Source: Parvularia atlantis (taxonomy: Eukaryota). From it: 53,260 nt of DNA. Location of the stretch: assembly GCA_943704415.1 (NCBI GenBank), contig CALSCO010000183.1, positions 1 to 53,260 on the forward strand. The letters run 5' to 3'. A model generated the notes under the pieces. That model worked only from the letters and a program-made list of their open reading frames with translations. It had not been told where the DNA came from and ran no database searches. Shown piece after piece: positions 30,970-43,613 of the stretch; positions within the stretch are counted from its first letter, which is position 1; each line of letters starts with the position of its first letter. Made by a program: the position numbers and the translations under genes.

Positions 30970-33311
30970 ATGCTGCAGACGGCCACGGCCCCGCCGGCCG
31001 CGCCGGCCACGGCACACGTCGCACAGGGGGGCGCACGCGCGGCCGCCGGTGCGGCCAAGAAGGCGCGTCTCGAAACCGAGGTGCGCGTGGCTGGCAGGCG
31101 AACGGCCCGGAACGCCTCCCCGTCTGACAAACATGCGGGGCCGCTGCGCAGGACGAGAGCGCGGCGTCGGTGCAGGAGCTGCACAAGCAGTACATGCAGC
31201 TCGAGAGCACGAGCCGCTTCGTCGTCAAGCACACGCTCGACGGCATCCTCACGGCCGCGTCGAGCAACATCGTGTACTTCCTCGGCTACGAGGCGTCGCA
31301 GGTGCGCCCGCCACCCGACCCTCCTCCGCGCGCCCCTCGCTGACCGCGCGGCCGCCCGCGCCAGATGGTCAACATGTCCACGTACGAGCTCGTGCACCCG
31401 GACGACCTCCAGGCCGTGCTCAAGACTCACCTCGAGCTGATGCAGCAGCGCTCCAACGCGCCCCTCATGGCCAAATACCGCATGCGCACAAAGAAGAGCA
31501 CGCACGTGCTCGTGCACGCCGTGTTCTACCTCGAGGGTGCATGGCGCGCGCGGCACCGCGCAGCCTCGCGCGGCGCTGACCCCGCGCCCGACCCGCGCGC
31601 GCAGAGACCGACACGTCGTACAACCAGCTTTGGGTCGGCGTCGAGTCGCCCAGCTACGTCATCTGCTGCATCTGCACCGACGTCTCGGACGTGCCGTCGA
31701 GGATTCCGACGGAGCAGCAGCCGTCGCGCCTAGTGCGTGCGCAGCCTCTGGCCTGCCGTCCTGCCGCTGCCGCTGATGCGCACGGCCTTCCCCTTTCCCG
31801 CTTTGCTTCACCGCGCTATCGCAGAACACGCCCACGGCCGCCTTCCCGCTGTCGGACCGTGTGGTGCAGATGCAGGTCGAGGCCGCGCGCCTGCGTCAGA
31901 GCATCACCGAGCAGGCGCAGGAAGCCGAGCGGCTGCACCATGAGATCAGGCAGATTCACTCGTTCAAGGTGCGCGTGCGGGCGCGCGGACGCGTGGAAAA
32001 AATAAAAAGGGGGGCGCTCACGCCGCACCGCACCACCAGGCCTGGGAGCAGACGCGCAGCCAGACGCGCGCGGCCAGCGCCAGCGCGCAGGCACCAACCT
32101 CGTCCTCCGCGCTCACCACGCCCTTCTCCAAGCTCGGCGGCAGCGGCAGCAGCGGCAGCGCAGCCGGCGCGCCCAACACGGCCGGATCAAACCTCGGCGG
32201 CGGCGGCGGCAAGTTTGCCCAGGACTTCCTCTACCGCCCGGCGATGACGACGCCGATGTCGGCGACCATGTTCCCGGCCACGGCCACGGTGCAGACGCCG
32301 CCGGGCCTCGGCGACGACGTCTTCGCGCCATCGCTCTACTTCTACCCGCCCGCGGGGACGACGCAGCAGCAGCACATGCAGCAGCAGCAACAGCAGCAAC
32401 AGCAGCAGCAGCAGCCCGGCATAAAGAGCGAGCCCGGCGCACTCGACTACGGCGCGGACGGCGGCGGCTCGCGCGTGGTCGGACCCGGCGGGTTTGCGCG
32501 GCGCTACTCGGACCAGGCCGACTCACCCACGGCGCTGCTCTTTGCCATGTCGCCACCGCCGAGCTCGGGCACGCTGCAGGCCGGGGGCGCGGTCGGGCCC
32601 AACAACATGAGCGGCATCGCGCGGCTACTCGTGGGCGCCAACTACATGACGCCGACCGGCGGGCTCTGGTCGCCGACAGGAGGGCTGGCGCAGCAGGGCC
32701 TCTACGGCGTGCCAATGATGCTCGCGCAGCCGGTGCAGCAGCAGCTCCAGCCGGGGCTGAAGCGGTCCAACAGCTCGGCCGGCATGTCGACGCCGCCCCC
32801 GAGCGGGGGCAGTAGCGGCAGCAGCAGCAACGGCGGCGCGGCCGAGGTCGACCCGACTGCGCACCCGCGCTTCCCGCACCAGTTTCCGCGCGAGCGCCTG
32901 CCCAACGGCAAGGTGATTGGGCCGCGCGGTGGGCGGCGCGAGCGCAAGCTGCGGCCCCCGCCCTTTGGCGACAAGTGCGGCGAGTGTGAGCTGCGCCTGT
33001 CGTCCGAGTGGCGCAAGGGCCCCGACCCAAACAAGCTGCTTTGCAACGCCTGCGGCCTGCGCTTCAACCGCAAGTGCCGCAAGAGCAAGAAGGACGCGTC
33101 GCAGGGCGGGCGGGCGGGCGGCGGCGGCGGGTCGAGCAAGCGCGGCAGCGGGGCTCGGTCGACGCAGGCGCAGCGGCAGCCCGGCCAGTCATCGCAGCTC
33201 GACGACCTCGGCGGCGCCGAGGACGATCTGGACGAGGCGGACGAGTACGACGACGAGTTTGACGACGACGGCGCCGATGACGCGCACGACGACTTGGCCG
33301 TGAACGGATGA
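30970..33311 (+). CDS. PAS + coiled-coil + GATA zinc-finger transcription factor (White Collar-2-like architecture)
   Basis: NLS-like AKKARLE; PAS (FVVKHTLDGILTAASSNIVYFLGYEASQMVNMSTYELVHPDDL...YRMRTKKSTHVLV); coiled coil (QVEAARLRQSITEQAQEAERLHHEI); poly-Q; C-x2-C-x18-C-x2-C finger CGECELRLSSEWRKGPDPNKLLCNACGLRF; acidic tail. Confidence 0.85.
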
Positions 33312-33406
33312 TCACAGCAGCCGCTTTACTGTACATGGTGCAGAGTGCCGCAAGCCCGCCGCCGCAGAAGAATAGGAAGGTTGTTACACTACTGCACAGG
33401 GGCGTC

Positions 33407-34125
33407 TCACCACGACGGCAGCCACGAGTAGCCGTCGTTGGGCAGGAGCGCGCCCGACGTGAGCAGGACGAGGTCGACCAACCACCAGACGCCGAGCCCG
33501 CCGACTGCGCCGCGGCCGTGAGCACACGCGCGCACGCGCATCGCGCCCGAACGCACGCGTGAGCAGCTTGGCCGAGCCAAAGCAGGTGTAGCACAGGCAC
33601 AGTCGGTCGATGCCGCACAGCCCAAGGAAGATGGACAGGGCGAGCACGGTCGGGAAGCGGAAGCTGCCGTAGCGCACGCACTGGTACGTGTCGGCGAGGT
33701 AGAACGTGTGGTTCCCGGCGCACTCGATCTCCGGGTAGACCTCGCACCGCGCCGTCACATACGCGGGCGCCTCGCCGCGCGCGCTGCCAAACGCGCGGCA
33801 CCCGCGCTGCTGCTGCGCCGGCGTGAGCGCGTTGTACCCGTCGTCGCTCAAGCCCGTGTAGTCCTCGAACACGCACACCATGTGCTGCGCGGGGCTGCGC
33901 CATGTCAGGCCGACGCGCGCGTTGAGCAGGCACGCACACGGCCGCGCAGGGGACGAGCGGCGTGTTGGGGTCGTACGCGACCGTCGTGCAGTTGGCGGCC
34001 GAGCTGTTGCCGCCGACGCTGCCCGGGCAGAACGGCACGGGCTCGCCGGGGCGCAGCGGGCCGGCGGCGCGCGCGGCCGACGCGGCGAATGCGATGACGA
34101 CGAGCAGCAGCGCTGCCATTCGCAT
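33407..34125 (-). CDS. TM2D2: TM2 domain protein, TM2D2-like
   Basis: Signal peptide; [45 protein letters not shown]...[28 protein letters not shown]. Start is 34125 or 34119. Confidence 0.85.
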
Positions 34126-34130
34126 TCATC

Positions 34131-35538
34131 ATGGCCGCGGTGCGGTTCGTCACCGAGGATGAGGTCGACGACGCGCACCTCGTGCTCACGGTGCATGCGA
34201 ACGGGCTCGAGGACGCGCGCGCGGACGGCGATGCGGAGGCCGTGGAGGACGGCGATGCGGCTATGACGCTCACGCTCAAGGGCACGGGCGAGCCCGGCAC
34301 CGACGCGGCAGAGTCGCTGGACGCGCTGCTGCAGCGCGTGGAGGACGACCTGGGCGACGGCGACACGGCGGCGGAGAGCGACGCGGCGGAGAGCAATGCG
34401 GCCGAGCCCGATGCCGCCCTGCGTGACGGCGATGCGGCCGAGCCCGATGCTGCCCTGCGCGACGGCGACGAGGCGCTCATGGCGCTCGTGCGGCTCCACG
34501 AGGCCGTCGCCACCGGCGATGTCGACGGCGCGGTCACGCTGCTGCGCGGCACCGTGCACTGCCTCGACGCCAACACGGTGCTGCCGCAGGACCCGAGCGG
34601 CGCGACGCTGCTGATGTACGCACGCACACGCGTTTACACGTGCCGGACTGCCGTGTGCTCACGCCCCGCGTCGCACAGGCGCGCGTGCGCGGCCGCGCGA
34701 CCCAACCAGTCGATGCTGTACATGCTGCTGCAGCACGGCGCGGACGTGCACCGGCGTGACGCGCGCGACCGCACGGCGCTGATGTGGGCATGCGAGGCGC
34801 AGCACGCCGCGCTCGTGCGCATCCTGGTCGAGGTGCGCGGCTGCCACGTCGTGCGCCCCGTGCCTCACTGACTCGACTGCGCAGAGCGGGGCGCGCGTGA
34901 GCGGCTTCTCGCGCGACGGCGCATCGGGCCTGCTGCTTGCGGTCGAAAACAACGACACCAAGGTGGCGCGGTACCTCGTCGTCACCGGCAAGGCCGACGT
35001 CAACGAGCTGTCGCCCGACGGCGTGACGCCGCTGCTGCTCGCGGTCGCGCGCCAGAGCACGCTGCTGGCCGCGCTGCTGATCGAGCTCGGCGCGAACGTC
35101 AACCGCGGCAACGCCGAGCGGTGGCCGCTGAGCGTCGCCTGCGCCAACGGCGACATTGTCACGGTCGCGTACCTGCTCGACAAGGGCGCGACTGTCAACC
35201 GGCGCATCGACGCGCTCCGCGGCATCTCGTGCCTGTTCCTGGCGTGCGACCAGGGCAACGTCGAGCTGGCCAAGCTGCTGCTCATGCGCGGCATCGACCC
35301 CAACCACATCGACGACAGCGGACGCTCGGTACTGTCGTACCTGTGCGAGAACGAGGGCTTTGAGCACCTCAAGGCGGCCAAGGTCTCGCAGCTGATCGCA
35401 CTGCTGCTCGAACACGGCGCCGACGCGCTCTTGGCGGACCGCACCGGCGAAACGCCCGTCTCGTTCGCGCGCCGCCACCCGGACCAGTCCATCCTCGAGC
35501 AGATCCTGGCGTGGATGCGGCGCGCGCGGCGGCGCTGA
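34131..35538 (+). CDS. Ankyrin-repeat protein with acidic N-terminus
   Basis: Repeats SGATLLM, LLQHGADVHRRDARDRTALMWAC, DGVTPLLLAV, LLIELGANVN, LLEHGADALLADRTGETP. The N-terminus has a duplicated AAEPDAALRDGD unit (~34398-34469). Confidence 0.85.
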
Positions 35539-35583
35539 TGTTTTGTTGTGCGCACGCATGTACACGATTACAGCAACGGGCGG

Positions 35584-37443
35584 TCAGCGCGCGTGGCGCC
35601 GTCGGACGGGGCGTCGAGCCCGTGCACGCGCGTGACCAGGTCGCGGTAGACGGGCGACACAAACAGGCGGCACTCGCAGCACGGGAACGCCTTGTCGAGC
35701 ACGGGCTTGAACCTGCGACCGCGTGAAGGGCTGCCGCACAAGCAGAGGCAGACGGAGCGCGCACCAGAAGTTGACAGCGATGTTGCGCCGGTGCTCGTCC
35801 GGCCGCGACCGCACCTCGTGCCACCAGAACGCAGGCAGGTACAGCACGTCGCCCTGGCGGATCTCGCACTCGAGCGCGCGCGCCCGGGAGAAGCGGGGGT
35901 ACCGCGCAAGGTCTGGCCGGGTGATGTCGACCGGGCTCATGACCATCGACGTCGACTCGAGCAGCGTGTCGCGCGCGAACGACAGCGTGGCCCGGTCGAA
36001 GCTCAGCTGCACCTCGGCCAGGTGCCCCTCGTACAAGTTCTCGTTGGCGTGCGGCGCAAAGATCGTCAGGTGCTTGGCGCCCGTGACCTGACACAGCAGG
36101 TTCTCGAACGGGTCAAAGTGCAGCTTGCCGACCGTGCGCCCGTTGCCCAGCCAGATCTGGCAAGAGCGCGTGTGCGCATCACGGCGCTGTGAGCGAGCGC
36201 ATCAATGTCGCCGCGCAGCCGCGCACGTTCAGGTGCTCCTGCTCCAGGTCGCGCGCCACGGGCACGTTGCGCACGTCGCGCAGCAGCAGCGGCAGCGACG
36301 ACGAGATGGACGTGTACTCGAGGTAGGCCGACACGTTGGTGCTCGTGTCGAGCAGGTCCAGGAAGTCCGCAAACTGCATCTCGGCCGGCGCGGGCCGCAC
36401 GACGGCAATGTCGCCAAAGGCCAGCTGGCTGCGCACGGCCGCAGGGATGTGCGCGCCGCCACCGGGCCAGCGCTCGAGTGGCTCGCAGCCCTCAAACTCG
36501 CCGTCGGGCGTGAGCTTGATGTGCACGCTCTGGTTGCCCAGGTGCTCGCTGCGCAGCGTGCCGTCAGCCACAATCATTGCGCTGTGCACGACTGGTGGCG
36601 CACCGCAGGAACGCGCTCGACCAGCGCTCGATCGCCGGCCACGACGACGCCGCGCCGCGCAAGATCACGGGGCGAGAGCGCAGCGCGTAGTCGCGCACGA
36701 ATGTATCCGCGTCCGGCACGTCGTGCAGCTCCTCGCAGCGGCCGCTTTGCGCCTCGGCCACGACGTCGAAAAAGCCGCGCGAGACGTTGGCGACGACGCG
36801 GCCCTGCGCACGATGAGTACGGTGCAGGGAGCGCGCAGTACAGTCCACGCGCGCGCACCAGTGGCGTCAGTCGCCCACGCACGTCGCGGTAGCGGTGCGT
36901 GTGCTCGTTGATGCGCGCGACGACGGCCGCCAGCCACCGCGCGCTCTCGTCCTCGCTCGCGTCCCACAGCTCGAGCGGGTGCGGCACCGGCGGCAGCGCG
37001 ACCGGCGGAGCGAGCACGGGTCGAGGCGGCGCGAGCAGGCACGAGCGGTCGGGCGGCTGCGCGACGAAGAGGCGCAGGGCGTGCGGCGCGGCGTCGTCGG
37101 TCGGCCAGAAGCGCGCCAGGGCGCGGCGCTCGACCGCGTCGGCGTAGTGCACGACCGCGCCGCGGATCGGCGTCTCGTCGCGTGCGTACACGTGCAGCAC
37201 GGCCCGCAGCCATGTGACGTCGTCGGCCAGGCGCGCGCGCGTGTCGTCGTCCTGAGCGGGCGCGATCCACACGACCCAGTCCTTGTGCGGGCTTATCGCA
37301 GTCTCGATCGTGGCGACGTGTGCCGGCAGTGGCAGCACCGACGGCCCATCACCACCGTCGTCGTTCGCACTGCGCGGCAGCCGCGCGAGCGCCACGGCCA
37401 GCGCGACCGCGACAAGGATCGACGCGAGGTGCGAGATCGACAT
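35584..37443 (-). CDS. JmjC/cupin-8 2OG-Fe(II) oxygenase with N-terminal signal peptide or anchor
   Basis: MSISHLASILVAVALAVALA; FVRDYALRSRPVILRGAASSWPAIERWS; LNIWLGNGRTVGKLHFDPFENLLCQVTGAK; GDVLYLPAFWWHEVRS; NIAVNFW. The HxD...H triad is intact. Confidence 0.85.
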
Positions 37444-37464
37444 CGTCGCAGCCTCGCAATAGAC

Positions 37465-40140
37465 ATGGCGGCGGACGTGGCTGTCATCGTGCTCGCGGCC
37501 GGCTTCGGCACGCGGCTCGCGCGGGATCTGGCCGCTGCTGCTGCGACGGCGGCGACGACGGGTGCGGCGCCGGCGCACGACTGGGCCGCACTGCAGCGCC
37601 TGCCGAAGCCGCTGCTGCCCGTGTGGGCCGGGCGCCCGCTGCTGGATGAGTGGGTCGACGCGCTGCTGGTGCGCCTGCCCGACCTTCTTGCGCGCGCGCG
37701 CACGTTTGCTCACGCTCACGCAGGACTGCCGCGCGCGCGACGTCTCCGTCGGCCCGCTATTTATCGTGGCCAACGCGGCGCACCACGCTCAGTTTGTCGC
37801 GTGGGCTGGGCGCCACGGAATCCCGCCCGCGCACGTGCTCAACGACGGCAGCGCGACCAACGAGACGCGCCTGGGCGCGATCGCCGACCTGCACCTCGCG
37901 CTCAAGACGTTCGCGGACGAAATCGGCTCGCGCGACGTGCTGGTGCTCGCCGGTGAGTGCCGTTCGCGAGCGCCATCGACCGCTGAGCGCGACCAGGCGA
38001 CACGCTCTTCCACGACTCGTTCCATCTGCCGACGTTCCTGGGCGGCCGCCAGCGCGACGGCGACCACGTGCTGTACTACCGCGTGCAGGCACGCCGCGCT
38101 GAGGCTGCGCCGCGTGCTCATGACCGCGCAGGACGATGCCGAGGTGAGCAAGCGCGGCATCGTCGAGGTCGACCCGGCGACTAGTCGCGTCACCGCCTTC
38201 CTCGAGAAGCCCGCGCCGACGGCCACGGCCTCGCGCTGGGCCTGCCCGGCCTTTTACGTGCTGCGCAGCAGCTCCGTCGCGCTGGTCGCTAAGGTTCGTC
38301 TTGTGCACGCGTCGCACACGCCGCTCACCGTGCCGCGCGCAGTACGTCGACACAGCGCGGCAGCACGGCGACGCCAGCCGCGACATGCTGGACGCGCCGG
38401 GCCAGCTCATCGGCTGGCTGCACAAGTGCGCGCCGCTGCCGCCTGGCGCCTGGGCTGAACGCTGGCGCAGGCAGACGACCGTGTACGGCTCGCGCATCGA
38501 CGGCCGCTACGACATCGGCAGCCTGGGTGACTACGAGGTGCGCGGCTGCGGACGTGCAGCGCCTCATTGATCGCACGGCGAGGCCGCGCAGGTGGCCGTC
38601 AAGCCCGGCATGCTCATCGAGCGGGCGTTTGCGCGCGCGGGGCTGATTGGCAACCCCTCGGACGGCTTCAACGGTGCCGCCGTGCCGCTGACGCTCGCGC
38701 GCATAGCCGCACCCGCTGAACATGCGCCATCCACAGGCAAGACGATCTCGGTTGCCCTCCGCAACTTCTTCGCAACCGTGCGCATTCAGCCGAGCGCGCG
38801 CGTCGAGATCGTGTCCAACGTGGTGCGCCACCGGTCGGCGTTGGTCGCTTTGCCCTGGCCCCGACAGTGCGCCGCGTTGCGCACAGCGCTACGACAGCGC
38901 CACCTTTGCCAGCCTCGAGGACCTGGCGTCGCGCACGGCCGTCTTCGGCTACTACGGCGGCGTGCGCCTGCTGCGGGCGACGTGCAAGCGCTTCTTCGAC
39001 CTCGTGCAGGCGGGCGACGCGAGCCTGGCGGGCAGGGTGCTGCTGCGCAACTTTGCGCTCGCGTACGACTCCAACATTCCGTTTGGTGTGCGCCTGTCTC
39101 TGCCGGCCGGTGCGGAGGCGCTGAACCGCGGAGGCACAGCCGTCGGCCTCGCCGGCTCGTCGGCCATCGTCACGGCCGCGCTGCGCGCCCTCATGCGCTT
39201 CTACGGCGTCACGCTCGCGGACCTGCGCCTGCCGCGCGAGCAAGTGCGGCACCGGTCAACCCCCATCGCGAACTGACGACGTGTGCCGCGCAGCTGCCCA
39301 ACGTCGTGCTTGCAATCGAGCGCGAGGAGCTCGGCATCAACGCCGGGCTGCAGGACCGCGTGATCCAGGCGCGTGTGGCGTGCACTGCGGCTGTGGCGTG
39401 GTGCTGAAGCGCGCGGCAGGAGTACGAGGGCGCAGTCTACATGGACTTTTCGAAGGACGTGCTCGAGCGCAACAAGGGCGCAGGTGCCTACAAGCAGCTG
39501 GACTGCGCGGGTGGGCCCGCGCGCCGCATGTCATACGCGCACAGATTCACGCCCGGCGCGCAAACAGACATGCCGCCGCTGTACCTGGCGTACATGGTCA
39601 AGGCCGGCGGCGACAGCGGCAAGATCCACAGCGACGTGCGCCGGCGCTGGGACGCGGGCGACGCGGCGGTGGTGGCGGCGATGCACGACTTTGCGCGAAT
39701 CACCGACGAGGCGGCCGAGGCCCTGCGCGCGGTGCGTTGTGCGTGGCGCAACGGGGCCAAGCACTGAGCGCGAGCACAGCGCGACTATGCGCGCCTGGGC
39801 ACGCTGATGGACTTCAACTTTGACCTGCGGCGCACGATCTACGGCGACGCAGTCACCGGCGAGGACAACATCCGCTTTGCCGACGCAGCGCGGTGCGAAC
39901 TGCCGCCTGGTCCGGGCTGCGCTGACGTGCGCGCGGCGCCACAGGGCCCTCGGTTTCAGCGCTAAGTTCACGGGCAGCGGCGGCGCGTTTGTGCTCCTGC
40001 GCCGCCCCGCGGCTGGCCCGCTCTTGCTCTCGGCCGCAGACGAGGCGGTGGCGAGGGCGCGCTTTGCCGAGACCGGCTTTGCCTTCACGCGCATCGAGCT
40101 GCAGGAGCGCGCCGCGCCGCTGCTGTGGCGCGACGCGTGA
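37465..40140 (+). CDS. Fusion of a sugar-phosphate nucleotidyltransferase and a glucuronokinase (GHMP kinase); GKUP-type
   Basis: N-terminal part: VIVLAAGFGTRL, LPKPLLPV, NDGSATNETRLGAIADL, LVLAGDTLF, FLEKP, RYDIGSL. C-terminal part: AFARAGLIGNPSDGFNGKTIS, GYYGGVRLL, GLAGSSAI, ELGINAGLQDRVIQ-EYEGAVYMDF, SGKIHSDVRRRW, NFDLRRTIYGD, KFTGSGGA. The two parts join in frame across the intron at ~38538-38582/38591. Confidence 0.9.
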
Positions 40141-40220
40141 GGCCGTCTCGTTTCCGCTTTTTTTTTTGGCTCAGTCAGCATGACTACACACGTTCACACG
40201 TTTGCACGAGGCGCAGTCGG

Positions 40221-41604
40221 TCACAGGTTGGACTTGAAGAAGGCGATGCTAGCCAGGAGCGCGTCCTGCTTTGCCTTGGCGTGCACGGCGTTGTCCTCGT
40301 CGCCGCGCACCGCGAAGCCGTGGCGCGTGCCCGGATACTTGTGGAACTGCCCGCGGCCGCCCTGTCAGGGGCCGTAGCGAGCCGCAGCAGACCGCACCTC
40401 GGCTGGCACGTTGTTCTTGGTCAGGATCGCCTTGGCCTTGTCGGCCATGCTGTCCGTGAACGTGTAGTCGCCCTGCCGTGCGCGGCGTGGGCCCTGCCCA
40501 TCACCCTGCACGGCTACCGCGCACCTCGGCACACAGGAACAGCGACGGCTTGCGCAGCAGCTCGGCGTGCTTGGGCACCTGGTCACGCACAATATGCAAG
40601 TCAGGCAAAGCGCGGCGCCGCGTAGTGCGAAACGGGACCTCGAAGAACGACGGATGGGCCATCGCGACGACGTCGACCTGGCCGTCAATGCCCGCCAGCG
40701 CCACGTAGCGACCGCCCCCTGTGCACACGCGTTTGAGCGGTACGGCCAGAGCGGCGCGGGGCGCACGCACAGCAGTAGCCGATGCCGGCGATGCGCTCAA
40801 TCTTCTCCGAGCCGGCCGGGTCCTTGAGCGCGACGAAGAACTTGCTAACCATGGGCAGGGTCTGTGCGAGGCGCGTCTGAGCGCTGGCACGCGCGCAACG
40901 ACCTGCAAGCAGCGTGCGCACGCGCGCGTCGCCGTGGGTGAATATGAATCCGACGGCCGAGCCGACGCTGGAGATGGCGCGGAACGGCTGCGTTACGCTG
41001 CAGCACGACCCGCTCAGCGGTGCCGATCCGCAGAGATCAGACACGCACCGATCCCACGTCGTCTTGGGCTTCTCAGCGAGGGGCGCGAGCGTCTCCCACT
41101 TCATGCCGCCGCCGTCCATGAAGTCTGCGCGGCGTGTGCGCGCGTGTCAGTCGCGGCCCGATCGGCACTGCGCACGCACCCGGCACAAAGGCGTTGAAGC
41201 CGCCCTCCTTGGCGTACGCCTGCGATCGGCGCGTGAGGACGTGCGGGCCGCTACCAACCACGTGCGCACGTCGGCCAGCAAGCGCGTGTTGGTGAACTCC
41301 CAGCCAAAGATGTCTGCGTGCGCGGCGCGCCTCAGCCGATCGCGCGTGCGCCCTCGCCGCGCGCGGCGCCGCACCCGTGAACAGCACAACGGCCTTGTTG
41401 GTCGGCTGCGGCGGGCGCGCGACGTAGACGTCAACGTCGCCAATGCGCGTCGTGGTGCCTGCGATCACGCGATCGGCCGCGTGGCACGCGAGCACAGGGT
41501 GGCAGCAGCAGCAGCGCACCGCTCGGCGTGCCGTGCGCAAGGAAGCCCGTGCGGCAGCACTCGGGCAGGTCGTCCTCCGGGCCCGCGCTGGATGCGTCCG
41601 CCAT
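40221..41604 (-). CDS. Dienelactone hydrolase family protein (AIM2-like)
   Basis: CCRTGFLAHGTPSG, AVVLFTDIFGWEFTNTRLLADAYA, VPDFMDG, nucleophile GYCWGG (spliced), AHPS, LFLCAEGD, YPGTRHGFAVRG. Confidence 0.9.
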
Positions 41605-41640
41605 CGGAAACGGCCGTTTAAGAATCGAACGGCTCGCAGC

Positions 41641-43527
41641 ATGGCGGCGCCGCGCGCGGCTCCCGACGACGCGGCCGCCGCCGACGACGCCGCGGCCGAC
41701 GCCGAGCTGCGGCGCGTGTTTGAGCACCTGGACCGCGACCGCTCGGTGCGTGCTGCGACGTGTGCGAACTGCGCGCGCGTGCGGCGCGGACGAGACACGA
41801 AACACAGGGGCACATTGAGGCGCACGAGCTCCGGGAAGCGCTGCGCGAGCTCGGCCTGCCGTACGACGACGCCTCAATCGAGCACTTTTTCGCGACGACC
41901 GACCTCGACCGCGACGGAAAGCTCAGCTGGCACGAGTTCTGCGTGTACGCGCGCGCGCGCGACCGCGAGATCTGCGCCGTGTTCGAGCACCTCGACCGCA
42001 ACGGGGACGGGCGATGGACGGCCGAGGACCTCGCCCAGGGCTTTGGCGAGCTCGGGATCGACATCGAGCCCACACTCGTGCGCCAGCTCTTCCGCCGCCT
42101 CGACGCCAACCGCGACGGCGCGCTCTCGCTGGACGAGTTCCGCCAGGCCACGATGCTGCTGCCCGTGCTCAAGATGCGCACCATCTTCCAGCACTGGCGC
42201 GACGTGGCCCTGGTGCGCCGGCGGCCGGCCCCCGTGGCTCTGCAGCAGCAACTAAGCCCGCCGTGGCGCCTGCGCAGGTCGATACGGGCGATGCCGTCGT
42301 CCTGCCGCCCGTGCCGGCTGCCGTGCCGCGCCCGGCGCACGACGTGGCAACCGAGACGTCGGCCGAGAAGGTCGACGTGCACGTGGGCGCGACTCCCGTC
42401 GTCGTGGTGCCGGCTGCGCCGGCCGCGGCGAGCCGCGTGGTCGACTGGGCCGCGGCGGCAAAGTACCTTGCGGCGGGCGCGATCGCGGGCGCCGTCTCGC
42501 GCACTCTCACCGCCCCACTCGACCGGCTCAAGACCGTGCTGCAGGCTATCCCGCGCACGTCCAACAGCCGCGTGTCGCTCGCCGCTACGTTCGAGGCCAT
42601 GTACCGCGAGGGCGGGCCGTCATCGCTCTTTCGCGGCAACGGCACCAACGTCGTCAAGGTGCGCGCGCGCGCGCGCGCCCGCTGCGCCTGCCTGCGCCTG
42701 CTCAGCCGCGGGCGCACGCACGCGTCCACCGCAGGTCGTGCCGGAGAATGCGATAAAGTTCTTCGCCTACGAGCACCTGCAGAGCGTGATCTGGCTCGAC
42801 CCGGCCAACCCGACCGTGGCCGAGCGCCTCGTCGCCGGCGGCCTCGCGGGGCTAGTGGCGCAGACAGCGATCTACCCGCTCGAGGCACGCGCGCGTCGAC
42901 GCACACCGCGCGGCCCGCGTGCTGACCGCGCCGCCAGGTGGCCAAGACGCGCCTTGCCGTCGCGCCCACGGGCTCGTTCCGCGGTCTGTGGCACTGCCTC
43001 ACGTCGACGGCGATCGAGGGCGGGCCCAAGGCGCTCTTCCGCGGCTACATCCCGTCCGGTGCGCCGCGACACTGCCAGCGCACGCAGGGGCTGAACCGCG
43101 CCCGGCGCCAGCACTTGGCATCTTCCCCTTTGCCGCGATCGACCTAGCCATCTTCTCGTTCCTGCGCGACTACTGGACGAAGCGCTACCCCGGCCAGGCG
43201 CCGTCGGTCGTGGTGCTGCTCTCGTGCGGGGCGATCTCGTCCACCTGCGCCGCCGCCGCAACCTTCCCGATCCAGCTCATCCGCACGCGCCTGCAAGCCC
43301 AGGGCCTGCGTGTGGGCCTCAACTTTGGCGCACATCGGCCCACGGCGCTGGTCGTCGACACGACTGCGCGCTACACGGGCATGCTCGACTGCTTCCGGCA
43401 CACGCTGCAGCACGAGGGCCCACGCGGGCTGTTCCGCGGGCTCGTGCCCAACCTGATGAAGACGCTGCCGGCCATCAGCATCTCGTACGTCGTGTACGAG
43501 AACTGCAAGGTCATGCTCGGCGCATGA
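41641..43527 (+). CDS. Calcium-binding mitochondrial ATP-Mg/Pi carrier (SCaMC/SLC25A23-25, Sal1-like)
   Basis: Four EF-hand-like loops (DRDRSGHI, DLDRDGKL, DRNGDGRW, DANRDGAL); LAAGAIAGAVSRTLTAPLDRLK, FRGNGTNVVKVVPENAIKF, YPLEVAKTRL, FPIQLIRTRLQAQ, NLMKTLPAISISYVVYE. Confidence 0.95.
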
Positions 43528-43613
43528 CCGCCCTGCCGCACCCACACCCGCACACACCACGCACGCACTGCGCCGCCCGCTGTAACCTTTTGCCTGCAAA
43601 GAACTTTACATCG

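Noticed and set aside
31150..31700. PAS domain as a LOV blue-light sensor
   Set aside because: It lacks the GRNCRFLQ flavin-adduct motif.
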